Assembly: GCA_963806225.1 (NCBI GenBank) | Contig: CAWDXG010000004.1 | Location: 4,576,001-4,640,000 of the forward strand | DNA length: 64,000 nucleotides | DNA from: an uncultured delta proteobacterium | GTDB taxonomy: Bacteria; Myxococcota_A; Polyangia; Polyangiales; Polyangiaceae | Direction: 5' to 3' | Shown here: piece after piece, positions 59,993-64,000 of the stretch | How positions within the stretch are numbered: the stretch's first letter is position 1 | How the letters are laid out: the number at the start of each line of letters is the position of its first letter | Program-made: the position numbers and the translations under genes | Notes under the pieces: model-generated | What the model was told of the DNA's origin: nothing | Seen by the model: the letters and a program-made list of their open reading frames with translations, nothing else | Databases searched by the model: none

Positions 59993-60891
59993 AACACGAC
60001 GCCGAGCGAGAAGCGCGCCATGATGTCGACGGGGTAGAGCGCGCCGTTCAGGTTGGCGATTTCGTTCAGGTTGCGATCGAGGGCGATGTCGAGGCCCTTC
60101 TGGTCGCAGTTGGACGTCGCGTCCGCGGGCGAGGTGGCGGTGCTCGGGAAGCATCGCTTCTGCTTGTTCAGCTCCACGCCAAGCCCGATGCCGCCGGCGA
60201 TCGTGAAAAATCCCCACTTCGCGTGCGAGCCGAAGAAGCCGTACAGCCGTCGTTCCGTGTGCGAGACCTGATCGATGGTGCCGGCGTCGTCCAACGTCTT
60301 GTAGGTGTAGCCGTAGTTCGTGAAGATGAGGCGCAGCACGTAGCCCTTGAACGGCTTGCCGTTGAGCCAGAAGCCCGCATCGATCGACGTGCCGGCGAGC
60401 GCGCCGAGCCCGTTCGAGTGCTGCGACAGCTGGTCCTTGCGGCCGTTGAAGTAGTTGAAGGTGGGCGGTGTGCCGTTGACCACGAACACCGGCACCAGCT
60501 CGACGCTGATGAACTTCCACACGGACGACTCGAGCTCGATGCCGAGCCGGCCGTCGATCAGCAGGTTGAACGGGTCGACCCGCACGGACAGGTCGGGCAT
60601 CTTGAAGCCGCTGTCTTCCGGCTTCTTCGGCGGGGGCGGCGGCGGCGGGTTATAGCCGTAGCCGTAGCCCGGCGGAGGCGGCTGCTGGTAGCCCGGCGGA
60701 GGCGGCTGCTGGTAGCCCGGCGGAGGCGGCTGCTGGTAGCCCGGCGGAGGCGGCTGCTGGTAGCCCGGCGGAGGCGGCTGCTGGTAGCCCGGCGGAGGCG
60801 GCTGCTGCTGGGCGCGAGCGCTGGTCGGGGCGAGCAGGACGGCGAGGGCCGTGCCTGCAGCTGCCGCGGCGAGAGCGGGTGAGACGCGCAT
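59989..60891 (-). CDS. Secreted / outer-membrane beta-barrel-like protein with QQPPPPGY repeats
   Basis: Signal peptide ending ARA; beta-strand pattern; C-terminal RFSLGVVF (terminal Phe). Confidence 0.75.
   Translation of the reverse strand: MRVSPALAAAAAGTALAVLLAPTSARAQQQPPPPGYQQPPPPGYQQPPPPGYQQPPPPGYQQPPPPGYQQPPPPGYGYGYNPPPPPPPKKPEDSGFKMPDLSVRVDPFNLLIDGRLGIELESSVWKFISVELVPVFVVNGTPPTFNYFNGRKDQLSQHSNGLGALAGTSIDAGFWLNGKPFKGYVLRLIFTNYGYTYKTLDDAGTIDQVSHTERRLYGFFGSHAKWGFFTIAGGIGLGVELNKQKRCFPSTATSPADATSNCDQKGLDIALDRNLNEIANLNGALYPVDIMARFSLGVVF
60664..60807. repeat. Perfect 24-bp tandem repeat x6 (coding QQPPPPGY)
   Basis: gtagcccggcggaggcggctgctg at 60664, 60688, 60712, 60736, 60760 and 60784. 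Confidence 0.95.
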
Positions 60892-60996
60892 GGCGGAAAT
60901 CATAAGGTCGTCCCGGGTCGGAGGCGAGAGCCCCGCCGTCAGTTCGACGAACTGGCGGCTCCGCGCGTTCAAATCGGCCCCCGGCCCGGCCTCCGC

Positions 60997-62019
60997 TCAC
61001 TCCGCCATGAAGCGCTCGAAGGTTTCGACGTCCTTCTTCGAGCCGACGATGAGCGGCACGCGGGCGTGGAGCTCCGTCGGCTCCACGTCGAGGATCGGCG
61101 CTGACCCGGTGCTCGCCTTGCCGCCCGCCGCTTCGAAAATGAACGCCATCGGGTTCGCTTCGTACAGCAGCCGGAGCTTGCCGCCCTTGCTCTTGGTGTC
61201 GGAGGGGTAGGCGAAGATCCCGCCGCGCAAGAGCGTGCGGTGCGCGTCCGCCACGAGCGAGCCGACGTAGCGGTGCGTGTACGGCCGCTCGTCCTCCTTG
61301 TTCGGCTCCTTGATGAAGGTGTTCCAGCGGCGCACCTTCTCGTCCCAGCGGGCCCAGTTGCCTTCGTTGATCGAATACGTGTTGCCCTTCTCGGGGCACT
61401 GCACGTTCTCGTGAGACAGGAAGAACTCCCCGGCGCCGGGATCCCACGTGAAGCCGTGCACGCCCTTGCCCGTGGTCAGCATCAGCACCGTGGAAGAGCC
61501 GTAGATGCAATAGCCCGCGCACACCAGCTCGCGCCCCGTCTTGAGGAAGCTCTGCTCGGTAGGCGGCCCCTCGCTGCGATCGTAGCGGAGGATGCCGAAG
61601 ATGGTGCCGATCGAGATGTCGACGTCGATGTTGCTGGAGCCGTCGAGCGGATCGGTGACGACCAGGTAGCCGCCGGTGGCGTGCGGGAAGAACACCGGCT
61701 TCTGGAGCTCTTCCGAGGCCAGCGCCGCGCAGTGGCCGCGGCGCTTCAGCGACGCGATCATCGTCTCGTTCGCGATCACGTCAAGCTTCTGCACGTTCTC
61801 GCCCTGGATGTTCGTGTCGCCGGTGTAGCCGAGCACGTCGGCGAGGCCGGCGCGGCGCACGCGACCGGTGATGAGCTTGGCGGCGAGCGCGACCTGGTTG
61901 AGAAGCGAGGTGAAGGTCCCCGTGGCGCCGGGCACCTGGAACATCCCCTCCAGGATGAAGGTTTCGAGAGTTACGCCGGCCTGGGACATGTCAGGCGGGC
62001 TCCACGAGGCGTTCGGCAT
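60997..62019 (-). CDS. fbp: Fructose-1,6-bisphosphatase class 1 (start 62019 or 61989)
   Basis: QKLDV, SEE, DPLDGSSNID, RYVGSLVADAHRTL, GKLRLLYEANP. Confidence 0.96.
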   Translation of the reverse strand: MPNASWSPPDMSQAGVTLETFILEGMFQVPGATGTFTSLLNQVALAAKLITGRVRRAGLADVLGYTGDTNIQGENVQKLDVIANETMIASLKRRGHCAALASEELQKPVFFPHATGGYLVVTDPLDGSSNIDVDISIGTIFGILRYDRSEGPPTEQSFLKTGRELVCAGYCIYGSSTVLMLTTGKGVHGFTWDPGAGEFFLSHENVQCPEKGNTYSINEGNWARWDEKVRRWNTFIKEPNKEDERPYTHRYVGSLVADAHRTLLRGGIFAYPSDTKSKGGKLRLLYEANPMAFIFEAAGGKASTGSAPILDVEPTELHARVPLIVGSKKDVETFERFMAE

Positions 62020-62156
62020 TTTCGGCTTCCTCTCTTCGTTGCGGACCCGGAAAATAGGATCTACTTTCCCGGGCCCCGCGTTCAAGTCCATCGGCACCCG
62101 GGAATCACGCAGATTCTGCGGTGTCTGAGCGCCGTCATCTAGCAGAGGGAGAGAGC

Positions 62157-63074
62157 ATGGCCGCCACGGATCGCGTCAAGGAGATTCTGTCCTGGTACTC
62201 GTCGGAAAACCCCGGCACGCAGACCCAGATCGCACGGCTCCTGATGACCGGCACGCTAGCCGGCACCGGGAAGCTGGTGATTCTTCCGGTCGATCAGGGC
62301 TTCGAGCATGGGCCGGCACGCTCGTTTGCCCCGAATCCGGACGCCCATGACCCGGACTACCACTTCCAGTTGGCGATCGACGCGGGCTGCAACGCCTATG
62401 CGGCGCCGCTGGGCTTCCTCGAGGCAGGCGCTTCGAAGTTCGCCGGGCAGATCCCGCTGATCCTCAAGCTGAACAACAGCGACTCGCTCAGCAAGGTCGA
62501 GCCCTGCTCGGCGATTACCGCGTCGGTGGATGACGCGCTCCGCCTCGGCTGCGTGGCGATCGGCTACACGATCTACCCTGGCTCGGACTTCCGCAACGCG
62601 ATGTACGAGGACCTGCGCGAGCTGACGCTCGAGGCGAAGTCGAAGGGCCTGGCGGTGGTCGTGTGGGCGTACCCGCGCGGCAATGGCATCAGCAAGGAAG
62701 GCGAGACGGCGATCGACGTGGTCTCGTATGCCGCGCAGATCTCCGCGCAGCTCGGCGCCAACATCATCAAGATCAAGCCGCCCACGGCCCACCTCGAGCA
62801 GGCCGAGGCGAAAAAGGCGTTCGAGAAGGCGAAGATCCCGATCGATACGCTTGCCGACCGCATCAGCTACTGCATCAAGGCCGCGTTCAACGGCAAGCGC
62901 ATCGTGATCTTCTCCGGCGGCGCAGCGAAGGGCACCCAGGACGTGCTCGACGAGATCCGCCAGATCAAGCAGGGTGGAAGCTTCGGTTCGATCGTGGGCC
63001 GCAACGCCTTCCAGCGCCCGCATGCCGAGGCGATCGACCTGCTCAAGCAGATCATGGCCATCTACAAAGGCTGA
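62157..63074 (+). CDS. fbaB: Class I fructose-bisphosphate aldolase (DhnA/FbaB type)
   Basis: ILPVDQGFEHGPARSFAPN, WAYPRG, Schiff-base IIKIK, FSGG, GRNAFQR. Confidence 0.95.
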   Translation: MAATDRVKEILSWYSSENPGTQTQIARLLMTGTLAGTGKLVILPVDQGFEHGPARSFAPNPDAHDPDYHFQLAIDAGCNAYAAPLGFLEAGASKFAGQIPLILKLNNSDSLSKVEPCSAITASVDDALRLGCVAIGYTIYPGSDFRNAMYEDLRELTLEAKSKGLAVVVWAYPRGNGISKEGETAIDVVSYAAQISAQLGANIIKIKPPTAHLEQAEAKKAFEKAKIPIDTLADRISYCIKAAFNGKRIVIFSGGAAKGTQDVLDEIRQIKQGGSFGSIVGRNAFQRPHAEAIDLLKQIMAIYKG

Positions 63075-63283
63075 CCCGCAGGAAAGCCTGTTTCCGGCGG
63101 GATCCGCGCGGGAAACCGCCGGACGGGCCAAGGCCTGTTCCGGGACCGGGGTGCTCCGGCGTCACGCCCGCAGGGCGGGGTTGATGCCGCTCCGGGCAGG
63201 GTGGCAGTATGCGCGCTCTCAGCTCCGGCTGCATGACGCGCAGCCCGCCACCCGCCTTTCCCAGAGCCCAGGAGACCCTCGCG

Positions 63284-64000
63284 ATGTCCTTGCAGATCCA
63301 GCTGTCCTCCGCAGATATCACCGCCGCCGAATCCGACCTGCTTGTGCTGCCGGTTACCGAAGGGTCGTTCGACAAGCAGAAGCTCCTCGTCCAGGTCGAC
63401 GCCGCGCTTGAAGGTGCTGCAACGCAGCTCATCGAACAGATGGACTTCCGCGGCAGCGCGGGCCAGACGCTCGACGTGCTCACGCTCGGGCGCATCCCTG
63501 CCAAGCGTGTTCTGCTTGTGGGTCTCGGGGCGAAGCGCGGCTTCAACGATGCGCGGCTGCGCACGTATGCGGCGACAGCGGCGCGGGCTGCCGGGGCGTA
63601 CAACGTGCGTGCGATGGCGCTGGCGCTGCCCGAGAAGACGTCGGGTGCGAGCCTGCGCGCGGCCGGCGAGGGGCTGGAGCTTGGTGCCTATCGCTTCACG
63701 AAGTATCTGACCGGGGATCGCGTTCCCAAGGCGGTGCTCGGCCACGTCACTGTCTACAAGACAGCCGGTCGTGCTTCTCCGTCGGAGAAGAAGGCGCTCG
63801 ACGCGGGCCGCGCGGTTGCCAACGCAATCTCTGTGGCGCGGGACGCGGTCAACGAGCCGCCGAACGAGCTCACGCCGGCGGCGCTGGCCGACACGGCCGC
63901 CCGGCTTGCGAAGAAGCACCGTTTCAAGCTCACCGTGCTCGACAAGAAGGGCATCAAGGCGGCCGGCATGAAGCTGCACTACGCGGTCGGCCAGGGCAGC
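63284..64000 (+). CDS. pepA: Leucyl aminopeptidase M17 (5' part; runs off window edge)
   Basis: Not in the ORF track. AGGAG RBS, ATG 63284; RVLLVGLG, LGAYRFTKY, ARDAVNEPPNELTP, GM....AVGQGS. Confidence 0.9.
   Translation, partial: MSLQIQLSSADITAAESDLLVLPVTEGSFDKQKLLVQVDAALEGAATQLIEQMDFRGSAGQTLDVLTLGRIPAKRVLLVGLGAKRGFNDARLRTYAATAARAAGAYNVRAMALALPEKTSGASLRAAGEGLELGAYRFTKYLTGDRVPKAVLGHVTVYKTAGRASPSEKKALDAGRAVANAISVARDAVNEPPNELTPAALADTAARLAKKHRFKLTVLDKKGIKAAGMKLHYAVGQGS

Noticed and set aside
60664..60807. Regular repeats (also 21972-22066) as a CRISPR array
   Set aside because: Head-to-tail with no spacers, in-frame inside coding sequence, and no cas genes in the window.
63093..63123. Rho-independent terminator after fbaB (8-bp stem TCCGGCGG/CCGCCGGA)
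   Set aside because: Long loop and no following U-tract on the + strand; not supportable.

Overview
GC-rich bacterial chromosome segment that looks myxobacterial (Myxococcota, probably Polyangiales/Sorangiineae-like). The evidence is MYXO-CTERM tails, a DUF2378 gene, Hanks-type kinases with PEGA partners and many Cys-rich lipoproteins. It holds about 53 genes: housekeeping (gltA, fbp, fbaB, rnz, fpr, pepA, a ClC transporter, a TIGR03960/TIGR03936 radical SAM fusion) interleaved with many secreted or surface proteins. I saw no rRNA, tRNA, CRISPR array or transposase. About ten genes carry single-base frameshifts that look like long-read consensus errors, so several ORFs in the supplied track are split or falsely fused. 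The best candidate for an undescribed system is 8450-12930. There a GAF-AAA+-Fis sigma54 activator sits divergent from an orphan HicB-like gene, a lipoprotein fusing three ComEA-like helix-hairpin-helix repeats to a NuiA nuclease-inhibitor domain, and a second HhH lipoprotein with a P-domain. Both target transcription units have a -24/-12 promoter and share a tandem enhancer-like box, offset by 11 bp (about one helical turn). Other leads are an HRN pseudokinase in a decaying module, a surface-anchored lytic transglycosylase coupled to a propeller lipoprotein, a leaderless FadR operon with two unknown genes, and a structured intergenic region upstream of fpr. All family assignments come from motif recognition by eye; no searches were run.
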